Source: Microcoleaceae cyanobacterium | Lineage (GTDB): Bacteria; Cyanobacteriota; Cyanobacteriia; Cyanobacteriales; Microcoleaceae | Direction of reading: 5' to 3' | Assembly (NCBI GenBank): GCA_051652765.1 | Contig: JBOFUV010000028.1 | Coordinates: forward strand, 1 to 57,117 | Length of the DNA stretch: 57,117 nucleotides | In this document: positions 40,139 to 49,900 of the stretch, piece after piece | Layout of the letters: the number at the start of each line of letters is the position of its first letter | Position numbering within the stretch: the stretch's first letter is position 1 | Position numbers and translations under genes: made by a program | The notes under the pieces: model-generated | Database searches by the model: none | What the model was told of the DNA's origin: nothing | The model's input: the letters and a program-made list of their open reading frames with translations, nothing else

Positions 40139-40447
40139 TTAAGTTCTAGAGGTAGAGCTAGGGCGAGTTGTGTCGTTGGGATCACGATATATTTGAGCTT
40201 GCTCAGGCTTACGAGTTAAACCTGCTAAACCGGCCAACCCAAACAAGCCAATCCAACCCCAATCAAACCCACGATCGTCTCTTACAGAATCAACTTCTTG
40301 GGTGGACGTAGGATAATTGGTAGTGGAAGGAGTTGATGCATCACCCGGAGTGCCCGTTTGAGCAGAGGCAGGTAGCGTCAGGAGTAATGTAGCGACACTA
40401 AGTGCGAAGGTACCTGTGCAAATCGCTTTAGATAAAGTAGAAAGCAT
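40139..40447 (-). CDS. WGxxGxxG-CTERM family small exported protein
   Basis: Signal peptide ...PASAQ, low-complexity spacer, DWGWIGLFGLAGLAGL then RK; ATG 40447 with GAGG RBS. Confidence 0.88.
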   Translation of the reverse strand: MLSTLSKAICTGTFALSVATLLLTLPASAQTGTPGDASTPSTTNYPTSTQEVDSVRDDRGFDWGWIGLFGLAGLAGLTRKPEQAQIYRDPNDTTRPSSTSRT

Positions 40448-40761
40448 TGTGTTGTTCCTCTGATGTTTCAAATTTCTTGTAAACTCTAGCCTGTTCAACG
40501 GTGGATCAATCTATCCATCTGTTGTTACTAACTTAACTGACATCATTCTGCTGTGCATCTGCTAAAAGGGGTAAATACATTTGTTAATGGGTAAGTCCTG
40601 CTCTAGTTCCTGAATCATGAAGGGAGGTGATCCCAACTGACGAAATATATAGCAATCAGGAATAACTTGTGAGAAAAAAGTGGATAGGCATTGCTTTTTC
40701 TTTAAGACTTTTTATCCAAGATCCTTGCTAGTGTTCCTAGGATTGGTTTAGGATTGCTTCA

Positions 40762-41208
40762 TTAGTGATTGCAGTACTTATGATAGCTACCACCCTGCAA
40801 AATTGTTTTTGCTCTATAGAGTTGTTCAATGAAAATTAAGCGAGCCAGTTCATGGGGAAAGGTCATGGGCGATAAGCTCAGCCGTTGAGCCGCTTTTTGT
40901 TTGAGGGTCAGGCTCAATCCTTCAGCACTGCCAATCACAAATACCAGGCTATTAGAATCGAACTGACTTAAGTATTCAGCAAACTGGAGCGAGGACAGCG
41001 TATTTCCATCCTCAGTCAGGGCAACTAAGCGATCGCCTGATTTTAATAAAGATAAAACTTGTTCCGCTTCCTGTTCTAAAGTTGAATCCTTGAGTTCAAT
41101 GATTTCTAGCTCTGGCAAGCGTTTAAAGTAAACTTCAATGCCTGTTTCAATCCAGCTTTTTCTAATTTTACCAATGGCAATCAGTTTGACTTTTGGAAAA
41201 CCTTGCAT
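40762..41208 (-). CDS. rlmH: 23S rRNA pseudouridine-1915 N3-methyltransferase
   Basis: KLIAIGK, FVIGSAEGL, LSLSPMTFPHELARL..EQLYRA..I..G.SYHK; ATG 41208 avoids overlap with the upstream gene. Confidence 0.93.
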   Translation of the reverse strand: MQGFPKVKLIAIGKIRKSWIETGIEVYFKRLPELEIIELKDSTLEQEAEQVLSLLKSGDRLVALTEDGNTLSSLQFAEYLSQFDSNSLVFVIGSAEGLSLTLKQKAAQRLSLSPMTFPHELARLIFIEQLYRAKTILQGGSYHKYCNH

Positions 41209-41215
41209 AGTAATT

Positions 41216-42952
41216 TTAGGGACGTTTCCAGTTTTTAATATCCCAAGTGTTGGCATCCCAAGGTGAGGGCTCAACGCCAACCAAACGGTTACTCACTCCG
41301 TTCGCTTTGGCTCGCTGAACAATGGGCATCAATGCTACATCTTCGCGAAGTAACTCATCCATTGTTTGGAACAAATCTGCCCGTTTCTTCGGGTTCATTT
41401 CCTGGCTTGCCTGCTGCCAAAGTTTGTCATAGGCTGGATTGCAATATCGAGCATAATTATTTTTCTGCCAACTATTCGATTTCTGCGGAATTTCCTCACA
41501 AGTCCACCATTTCATATAGGGACTGGGATCAGGGCTATCATTTCCAGTTGCAAACCCTTGTAGATCAGCATAAAAGTGATTTAACGTTTCTGGATTGACT
41601 GGATCTCCCGAGAAAAATACACTGGCATCAATACTTTTGAGTTCAACTTGAACCCCAATCGAAGTTAAAGCTTGTTTGATAATTTCCTGAGTTTTCTGTC
41701 GAATTGGATTCACAGAAGTTTGGAACACAACATTCATTTCAATCCCGTTTTTATCTCGAATCTTGTTGCCATTGGTGTCTTTCCAACCTGCTTCATCTAA
41801 TAATTTTGCTGCTTTTTCTAGGTTAAATTCAGATGTAATCTGGTCAGATTTGTAAACTTGAGGAGCTACTAATAGTTGAGCGATGGGACGACCTGATTTA
41901 CCATAGAGCTGATTGGCAATGGTTTCTCGATCAATGGCTAGGTCAAACGCTTGCCGTACCTTTTTATCAGCAAAAAAGGGATGAGGAAACTGTGTACTGG
42001 ATCTTTCTCCCTCAGGAGTTGCTTGATTTGGGTCAGTAAAGTTAAACAAAATCCGCTCGATTTCAGAACCAAAATTCCCTAGAATTCGACCTTTGCCGTT
42101 GGCCTCTAGCTGTTGCAAGATATTGGCTTCAACTTGGAGGTTATAAGCATAGTCAGCATCCCCGGTTTGAAACACGGCCCGTGCGGCGGAAGTTGCATCC
42201 CCTCCGCCTTTCAATTCAACTCGTTGAAAATAGGGTTTTCCACTGTCCCAATAATTAGGATTGTCTTCATAGATCACAATATCTCCAGGCTTAAATTCCA
42301 CCACTTGATAAGGCCCAGTTCCAATGGGGTTTTGATTGGCGGGTGCTTCTCGAATGTTGGCTCCATTGTAAGGGGAAAAAATGTGCTTCGGCAGGATCAA
42401 ACCGTTCTGTCCTGTGAAAGGAATTGGCCAACTGGGTGTTGCGGTTTTAAACGTTATCTTAACCGTGTAATTATCCAACGCCTCAACACTTTTGATCGCT
42501 GAATAATATTCCTGACTCGCCGCCGCAACTGCAGGATTCATGACAAATTGATAGGTGAAAACTACGTCTTCAGCCGTTAAGGGTTTGCCGTCTGACCAGT
42601 TAATATTTTGCTTTAATTTCCAAGTCACAGACTTACCATCTTTGGCCACACCCCCATTTTCTAAAGATGGAATTTCTGCAGCCAAAAATGGCACCAACTG
42701 ATCATTTTTGTCATAACTGGCCAGGGGTTCATAGACAATTCGGGCGGCATCGAGGTCTTTGAATCCTGTAGCGAGATGAGGATTGAGAATTGTGGGAGCC
42801 TGCCAGTACAAAAGTTTGAGGGTGTCGTCGTCTCCAACGGGTACTGAAGGAGCCTGTTGTGTCGTGGACTGAGAGGTGGACTGAGGGGTGCAGGCGGTAA
42901 TCGTGAGTACGGTCAGCAGTGTTAATACAGCGCGGAGTCGGAACTGATTCAA
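41216..42952 (-). CDS. Peptide ABC transporter substrate-binding lipoprotein (family 5)
   Basis: Lipobox ITAC, WQAPTILNPHL, WSDGKPLTAEDVVFT, PIGTGPY, VRQAFDLAIDR. Confidence 0.93.
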   Translation of the reverse strand: MNQFRLRAVLTLLTVLTITACTPQSTSQSTTQQAPSVPVGDDDTLKLLYWQAPTILNPHLATGFKDLDAARIVYEPLASYDKNDQLVPFLAAEIPSLENGGVAKDGKSVTWKLKQNINWSDGKPLTAEDVVFTYQFVMNPAVAAASQEYYSAIKSVEALDNYTVKITFKTATPSWPIPFTGQNGLILPKHIFSPYNGANIREAPANQNPIGTGPYQVVEFKPGDIVIYEDNPNYWDSGKPYFQRVELKGGGDATSAARAVFQTGDADYAYNLQVEANILQQLEANGKGRILGNFGSEIERILFNFTDPNQATPEGERSSTQFPHPFFADKKVRQAFDLAIDRETIANQLYGKSGRPIAQLLVAPQVYKSDQITSEFNLEKAAKLLDEAGWKDTNGNKIRDKNGIEMNVVFQTSVNPIRQKTQEIIKQALTSIGVQVELKSIDASVFFSGDPVNPETLNHFYADLQGFATGNDSPDPSPYMKWWTCEEIPQKSNSWQKNNYARYCNPAYDKLWQQASQEMNPKKRADLFQTMDELLREDVALMPIVQRAKANGVSNRLVGVEPSPWDANTWDIKNWKRP

Positions 42953-43008
42953 TATGGCCTCCAGTTGTAGCAGCGATTCTTAGTTTATCGAATTTCTTGG
43001 GTTTATCC

Positions 43009-44403
43009 TTAATACTGCATCACCAAACTCTCAATGTGTTCCGCCTGGGTAGGCAGTTCAGCCGTTAACACGTCTGCTCCAGTTGAGGTCACCAAAACAT
43101 CATCTTCAATCCGAATACCTCGGACATCAGAAAACTGTTCTAATTGTTCCCAATTCACAACCGTTTGATATTTGGCTCGAATTTTAGAGTCGTTTAAAAT
43201 GGTTGGAACTTGATAAAAACCAGGTTCAATCGTGACCAACATGCCAATCTGTAAGGGACGATTTAACCGAAGAAATTTTAACCCAAAGCGATCGCTCCGG
43301 TTCCTGCCCTCCGCATACCCAGCTAAGTCTCCTAAATCTTCCATGTCATGAACATCCAGTCCTAACAAATGACCGATACCGTGGGGAAAAAATAAGGCGT
43401 GAGCATCCTGTTCAACGAGGTCTTCGACCTCCCCGTTCAGAATGCCTAAATTGACTAATCCTTCAGTAATGACAGTTGCTGCTAGGCGATGAATTTCTGC
43501 ATACTCAATGCCGGGTTTGATCTGGGCAATACAGGCATCATGGGCAGCAAGAACCAGGTCATAAATATCCCGTTGGGTCGTCGAAAATTTGCCAGAAACA
43601 GGCCAGGTTCGGGTGACATCTGCTGCCCATCCTAAAGGGGTTTCTGCACCGACATCCACTAATAGTAAATCTCCCGATTGCAACCGATGAAAATACTGTT
43701 CGTTGTGCAAGACTTCTCCCTGCACCGTCACAATGCTGTTGTAGGCACAAGTCATGTTGTGGGCCATGATCGTTCCTTCCATTGCCCCTCGCACTCCTGC
43801 TTCCTGTTGGGCTGCTGCTGTGGCGGCCATGCCAGTCTTGTGAGAGCTAACGGTTACCAATGCTGCTTTTCGCAGTTCAGTTAAAGCGCCCTGATCGTGG
43901 GTCAGCCGAAGGGTAACGATGGCTTTAACCAGGGTTAAGTCAATGCCCTTAGATTGGGTTGGGGGGTGGACAGGGCGTTGTAAAATCTTGTGTTGTTCTG
44001 CTTGAACCCTGGGATGCTGAACTAAAACCGTTGCTGCATCCTTGGATCGGGAACTGAGTTCTGATCGAGAGAACACAGCATCTGCCCCTAAACATGCGGC
44101 AATTGCGTCCCGTTTTGGTGTTGCGCCATGCCAAAGCGTACTCTCAAGGGGGGCTTCATCAAGAAACAGCTCTAATCGGCCTGCTTCCAAGCGAATTGCC
44201 GCGTTTTCTAAGGGTAGCCCCGCAAAGTAGAGAAAATGGCTACTGGCTCGAAACGGATAAGTGTTGGCCGGAAAATTTCGCGAGTGATGACAGCCTGACC
44301 AGAGGATCACGGGAAAATCCACCCGTTCTGCCAGATATTGGCGGCGTTTGTGGAGAGTGGATTGCAGGGCTGAATCAGTTGGCAGAAACATTGAATCGGA
44401 CAA
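43009..44403 (-). CDS. pepP: Xaa-Pro aminopeptidase (M24B)
   Basis: FRASSHFLY, LVDVGAE...ADVTRTWP, HGIGHLLGLDVHD, TIEPGFY, GIRIEDDV. Confidence 0.9.
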   Translation of the reverse strand: MSDSMFLPTDSALQSTLHKRRQYLAERVDFPVILWSGCHHSRNFPANTYPFRASSHFLYFAGLPLENAAIRLEAGRLELFLDEAPLESTLWHGATPKRDAIAACLGADAVFSRSELSSRSKDAATVLVQHPRVQAEQHKILQRPVHPPTQSKGIDLTLVKAIVTLRLTHDQGALTELRKAALVTVSSHKTGMAATAAAQQEAGVRGAMEGTIMAHNMTCAYNSIVTVQGEVLHNEQYFHRLQSGDLLLVDVGAETPLGWAADVTRTWPVSGKFSTTQRDIYDLVLAAHDACIAQIKPGIEYAEIHRLAATVITEGLVNLGILNGEVEDLVEQDAHALFFPHGIGHLLGLDVHDMEDLGDLAGYAEGRNRSDRFGLKFLRLNRPLQIGMLVTIEPGFYQVPTILNDSKIRAKYQTVVNWEQLEQFSDVRGIRIEDDVLVTSTGADVLTAELPTQAEHIESLVMQY

Positions 44404-44420
44404 TAAAACAAACTTTTTAA

Positions 44421-44460
44421 ACCCTAGGCCCTAGACCCTAGACCTTAGACCCTAAACCTC
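44421..44460. repeat. Heptamer tandem repeat (STRR-like), consensus ACCCTAG
   Basis: ACCCTAG GCCCTAG ACCCTAG ACCTTAG ACCCTAA ACCTC. Confidence 0.75.
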
Positions 44461-44600
44461 AGAAATTGAGGGCTAAGGACTGATCACGGGCCCCTGATTG
44501 TTGCTTGCTATAGCCACAATCCTTAGCCGATGACAATTCCCTAACCCTCCTTAAACAAACCTTACCTAAATAAAGCCCAATTAAACAGTAGGTTTTCAGC

Positions 44601-45086
44601 TTATGACATTCCTTGGATTAGAAAGTCAAAATAGGGGGCTGCTTCCTTGGCATCATCCTCGTCTAACAACGAAAGCGATGCTTCCTTGAGACAACGAATG
44701 GCTTCTACCATTCCAGGCATCGGCACGCCGAGGGAGTTGTACATGTCCTTGACTCCGATTAAGCCAATGCTTTCAATCGGATCTTTGTCCCCAGATAGCA
44801 CACCATAGGTGATTACGCGCAGATACCAACCATAATCCCGGAGGCAAAGGGCCCGTTCCCGCTGTCCAGAAGCGTTACCCCCCGGAGCGATGAAGTCGGG
44901 GCGCTTCTTCCAGAGTTGGCTACTGGCACGGTCAACAATCTTTTTCTCATTTCCAGAGAGAATGATGGCGATCCGAACTCGCTGTTCACCTGTTTTCAGG
45001 AAGTCATTGATGCTTTGCAGTTCACCAATGCTAGGATAACGGAGTTCATCGTCGGCTTTGAGAATAACTTGGCTTACTACAGTCAT
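44601..45086 (-). CDS. apcD: Allophycocyanin-B alpha subunit
   Basis: [30 protein letters not shown] (ApcD-type GWY), 161 aa. Confidence 0.95.
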   Translation of the reverse strand: MTVVSQVILKADDELRYPSIGELQSINDFLKTGEQRVRIAIILSGNEKKIVDRASSQLWKKRPDFIAPGGNASGQRERALCLRDYGWYLRVITYGVLSGDKDPIESIGLIGVKDMYNSLGVPMPGMVEAIRCLKEASLSLLDEDDAKEAAPYFDFLIQGMS

Positions 45087-45189
45087 CTGTAATTAGAATT
45101 TTTTCAAGATAACATTAACATTAAGTATCTTAGCGATTCTGAGGAACACAATCCAGAATTTAAAGATAGGTTACGAAATTGAGTATCCA

Positions 45190-46914
45190 TTGACACAAAT
45201 GAATAATGAAAACTGGCAACAGGGTCAGCAGGTTGAACTTTTAGTCACCGACCTGTCTGACGAGGGTAACGGAGTAGGGCGTTACCAAGATCGGGTGGTA
45301 TTTGTGCCAGATACCGTTCCAGGCGATCGCATTTTAGTCAAACTGATTCAGGTAAAGCCTCAGTTTGCCGTTGCCAGACTAGAAGAGTTGCTGGAACCTT
45401 CAGAACACCGAATTCGGCCTCGCTGTATTGTGGCGGACAAGTGTGGCGGTTGTCAGTGGCAATCCGTGGACTATGACTATCAACTTGTCGCCAAACAAAA
45501 TCAGGTCATGCAGGCCCTAGAACGAATTGGCGGATTTCAGCATCCAGTGATTGATCCAATTCTGCCTTCCCCAGCATCGTTGGGATACCGCAACAAAGCG
45601 ACTTATCCAATGGGCCTCTCGGCCACGGGCCAAGTTCAGGCGGGTTACTATCGCAAGGGCAGTCATCGGTTGGTGAACTTGAATCAATGTCCGATTCAGG
45701 ATGAGCGATTGAATCCGTTGCTGCTGAATATCAAGCAGGATATTCAGCAGCAAGGCTGGTCAATTTATGATGAATCCAGGCAGATGGGCAGATTACGTCA
45801 CCTGTCTCTGCGGATGGGTCGCTGCACGGGTGAGATCTTGTTGACGCTGGTGGTTAACCGTCCAGGGCAAGGGACTCAAAGGTTGGGCCGAGAAGAAGCC
45901 GCTGCCCTGTCTACCCCCCGTTCCCTGGGTCAGGAAAGTCCCCGTAAAATTCTAGTTTCACCTCGTCAAAACCCTCAACGTTCACCCATCGCCGCCCTCA
46001 AAAAAAGAGGAGTTGAGTTGAAAGGGCCTCGTGTTCGAGCCTATGAAACTAAGATGAATGAAACTAAGATGAATGAAACTAAGGCAAATGAAATTAAGAC
46101 AAATGAAATTAAGACGAATGAGACCAGACCGCAACAGAGTCCAAGGCAGAATCTAAGACAGGGTTCGGCGACTGTCGTGGTTGACTCCGCTAATCTGCCC
46201 AGACTAGAAACTCAAGCGCAGCGCTGGCTCGAACAATATCCTCAACTGGTTGGGGTTTGCCTGAACTTTAATTCTCACAAAAGTAACATCATTTTTGGTG
46301 AGGAAACATTTTGTGTTGCCGGTCGAGGCTATTTGCAAGAAGAATTTGCCGGGTTGATCTTTCGCTTGGCCCCCGAAACTTTTTTTCAGGTGAATCCAGA
46401 AGCGGCTGAACTCTTGCTCATAGAAATTCAGCAGGAGTTGAATCTTCAGGGCACTGAAATTTTAGTGGATGCCTACTGTGGAATTGGCACATTAACCTTG
46501 CCCTTAGCTCGACAGGTGCAGCAGGCGATTGGATTAGAAATTCAGGCTTCAGCCATTGAGCAAGCCAACCAAAATGCCAGTTTAAACACGGTTAAAAATG
46601 TGAGCTTTCAGTTGGGAACGGTGGAGCAATTATTGCCCAACTTAGAGGTGCATCCTGATATTGTTCTCCTCGATCCGCCGCGAAAAGGATGCGATCCAAA
46701 AGTAATCGAAACATTACTGACGCTGCAACCTGAACGAATTGTGTATATCAGTTGCAAACCTGCTACCTTGGCCCGCGATTTGAAGCTACTGTGTGAATCA
46801 GGAGTTTATCGTTTGACCCGTGTTCAACCGGCTGATTTCTTTCCTCAAACTTCCCATGTTGAATGTGTGGCTTTCTTAGTCAAAAATCCAGTTGAAAATC
46901 AGGCAGATGGATAA
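45190..46914 (+). CDS. rlmD: 23S rRNA uracil-1939 C5-methyltransferase with about 109-aa low-complexity insertion
   Basis: TRAM domain, C-x5-CGGC Fe-S motif, FFQVN, DAYCGIG, LDPPRKG, YISC, DFFPQTSHVE. Confidence 0.93.
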   Translation: MTQMNNENWQQGQQVELLVTDLSDEGNGVGRYQDRVVFVPDTVPGDRILVKLIQVKPQFAVARLEELLEPSEHRIRPRCIVADKCGGCQWQSVDYDYQLVAKQNQVMQALERIGGFQHPVIDPILPSPASLGYRNKATYPMGLSATGQVQAGYYRKGSHRLVNLNQCPIQDERLNPLLLNIKQDIQQQGWSIYDESRQMGRLRHLSLRMGRCTGEILLTLVVNRPGQGTQRLGREEAAALSTPRSLGQESPRKILVSPRQNPQRSPIAALKKRGVELKGPRVRAYETKMNETKMNETKANEIKTNEIKTNETRPQQSPRQNLRQGSATVVVDSANLPRLETQAQRWLEQYPQLVGVCLNFNSHKSNIIFGEETFCVAGRGYLQEEFAGLIFRLAPETFFQVNPEAAELLLIEIQQELNLQGTEILVDAYCGIGTLTLPLARQVQQAIGLEIQASAIEQANQNASLNTVKNVSFQLGTVEQLLPNLEVHPDIVLLDPPRKGCDPKVIETLLTLQPERIVYISCKPATLARDLKLLCESGVYRLTRVQPADFFPQTSHVECVAFLVKNPVENQADG

Positions 46915-49900
46915 TTACAACTGTTCAATCACGCCTTCAGCTTGATGAACAATTGCTCTCAATTGTTCTATTAAATCTGAATTGACAGATTGCCAGAATC
47001 CCCGCTGATTGGCTTCTAGCAATCGTTCAGCCATATCACGCAATGCCCAGGGATTTTTAGATTGAATGAACCTTTGAACTTCTTCATCCAGCAGATAAGC
47101 CTTGGCAACTCCTTCATACATGAAATCTTCTACACAGTGAGCCGTAACATCGTAAGCAAACAGATAGTCAACCGTTGCAGCCATTTCAAAGGCTCCTTTG
47201 TAGCCATGGCGCATCACCCCAGCAATCCACTTTGGATTGGTCACTCGTGAGCGATAAACCCGAGCAATTTCTGCGTGTAAATGCCGAATTTTAGGATTTT
47301 CAGGTTGGGAATGATCCCCAAAATAGATTTGAGGATTTTGTCCAGTGAACGCCCGAACAGCAGCGGTCATTCCCCCTTGAAACTGATAGTAATCGTCAGA
47401 ATCTAATAGATCGTGTTCTCGATTATCCTGATTTTGAAGGACAATTTGCAATTGCTTTAGGCGCTGTTCAAAGACTTCAGGAACAGAAATTCCAGAGGAT
47501 TTTGACTGAGTTGATCCTGAATAAGCATAGCTACTCCAGTTCAAGTAAGCCCTTGCTAGATCTTGATCATCCACCCAATTTTGGGCTTCAATTAATCCCT
47601 GCAATCCTGCCCCATAGGCCCCCGGTTTGGAGCCAAAAATTCGATAGCGCGATCGCGCTTGAGCCTGTTCTAAAGTCAATCCTGCCTCAATCCAAGCCTG
47701 GGTTTCCTGCTGAACCTGGGCTGCCAGCGGGTTGTCTGCCGCTGATTCCACCAACTGGGCAACCGCAGTCACCGCCTGATCAAACAAGTCGATTAAATTT
47801 GGAAACGCATCTCGAAAGAACCCGGAAATTCTCAAGGTAACATCCACCCGAGGTCGCCCTAAAATTGACAAGGGTAGAATTTCAAAATCAACCACTCGGC
47901 GTGAGGCTCCCTCCCAAACTGGTTTTACCCCCAACAAAGCCAACGCCTCAGCCATATCATCCCCTCCAGTTCGCATGGTGGAGGTTCCCCAAACGGATAG
48001 TCCTAAGGTCTGTGGATATTCGCCGTTTTCCTGGGTGTAGCATTCAATCAACGCTTCCGCTGCCAGTTGCCCGACTCTCCAAGCTGTTTCGGTGGGAATT
48101 GCCCGAATATCCACGGAGTAGAAGTTGCGTCCCGTGGGCAAAACGTCAGATCGGCCCCGTGTGGGTGCGCCGGAAGCCCCGCTGGGAATATATTGTCCAT
48201 TGAGACCTTTTAATAAGTTAGAAATCTCTTGATTGGTTTGTCGTAATTTAGGTAAAAGATTGGTTTGAATCCAGTGCAATTCCTGCTGAGTTTTGTGTCC
48301 GGGAGGAGCAGGAAGAGGGGGATTTAAAGGGGGGTCAATGAGGGTTTCAACTAAGTTTGCAGCATAAGTTTCAATCACTTCTACCGCATCTCCAACCGTG
48401 CGGCAAGAGAATTGTTGAAGGGTTAGTTCAGGGTTTGCCACCTCTGCAAGGTTATTATTCAAGTGATCTGAAAGATATTCTGAAAGATCAGTCGTTAATG
48501 GATCAAAATCTAAGCCCCAATCTTCTGCAATAGCACGGGTTAATCCCTGGCGATTGAGATCAGGATGACGGGCGATCGCCACAATTAAATCTCTCAACTG
48601 ACGACCTTGAGGACAGTGACCCAAAATATGTAAACCATCCCGAATTTGGGCTTCTTTGAGTTCGCACAAATAGCCATCAATTGAATTAAAAATTTCCTGT
48701 TCTTGAGCAGATTTGTCCTCAGAATTCTTTAGAGCTTTTCCAAGCCGTAATTGTTGTAAATTTAGCCTTAGGTCTTGATGTAAGTTTTCAGTTTCGATTA
48801 ACTGAACAATGCGATCGCGAATTAACGGTAATCGAATAGGATTTAAACTTTGAGCCTGATAATATTCATCCATTAAGCCTTCCAATTGTTGCAAAGAACC
48901 ATACAGTTCTGCTCGAGTCATAGGAGGGGTCAGATGATCCAGAATGACAGCTTGTGATCGCCGTTTGGCTTGAGATCCTTCACCCGGATCATTCACAATA
49001 AACGGATAAAAATGAGGTAAAGCTCCTAAAGCAATTTCAGGGTAACAATTCTCTGACAACGCCAAACTTTTCCCTGGCAACCATTCCAAATTTCCATGCT
49101 TACCCACATGAACAATGGCATCAGCAGCGAAATGATTCCGAATCCAATCATAAAATGCTAAATAGTCTGGGGTTGGCTCCAAATCTGGAGCATGATAATT
49201 CAAACTAGGATCGAGATCGTAGCCCCGCGAAGGTTGAATCCCGATGAAAATATTCCCTAGTTGAATCCCTGAAATTGGAATTTCTGCTGAACTCTCCGAG
49301 ATTGAACAAAAATAAGTTTGCCAATGAGTCTGCCAACGGGTTTTAATTCCAGCTTGAACGGCATCTGGCAAACTGGAGAAATAGGCTTGAAAGTCTTGAA
49401 TACTAAGGCTTTGGTAGATGGGGCGCAATCCTTTTCCTTCTGGATCATTTGTCACTCCCCGCGTTAACTGCTGAATTAATTCATCTCCCGTTTCAGGGCA
49501 GTTTTCAACTTGATAACCGGCTTGATGGAGAGCTTTCAGGATCTCGACACAACTGCTGGGGGTATCGAGTCCAACTCCATTAGCCAAACGTCCGTCTCGG
49601 TTAGGATAGTTGGCTAAAATTAGGGCAATTCTGCGGTTGATCACCGGAGTTTGTTGCAAGTTAATCCAGTTTTTTGCCAGGTCTGCAACGAACTGAATTC
49701 GGTTATTTAACGGAACATAACTAACGACATCTGCTTCTAAAATTGAATTCCAATTGTTTACAGCTTTGAAGGAAATAGCACGGGTGATAATCCGCCCATC
49801 AACTTCTGGCAAGGCGACGTTCATCGCCACATCTCGGGGAGAAAGTCCTTGAAAATCGGCCTGCCACTGTTCAACGGTACTGCTGCTAAAAATGACTTGC

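Noticed and set aside
41209..41280. Track start making rlmH overlap the ABC binding protein gene
   Set aside because: ATG at 41208 gives a normal-length RlmH with no overlap
45856..46190. Intein in RlmD
   Set aside because: No N-terminal Cys/Ser block, no His-Asn/Cys junction; low complexity
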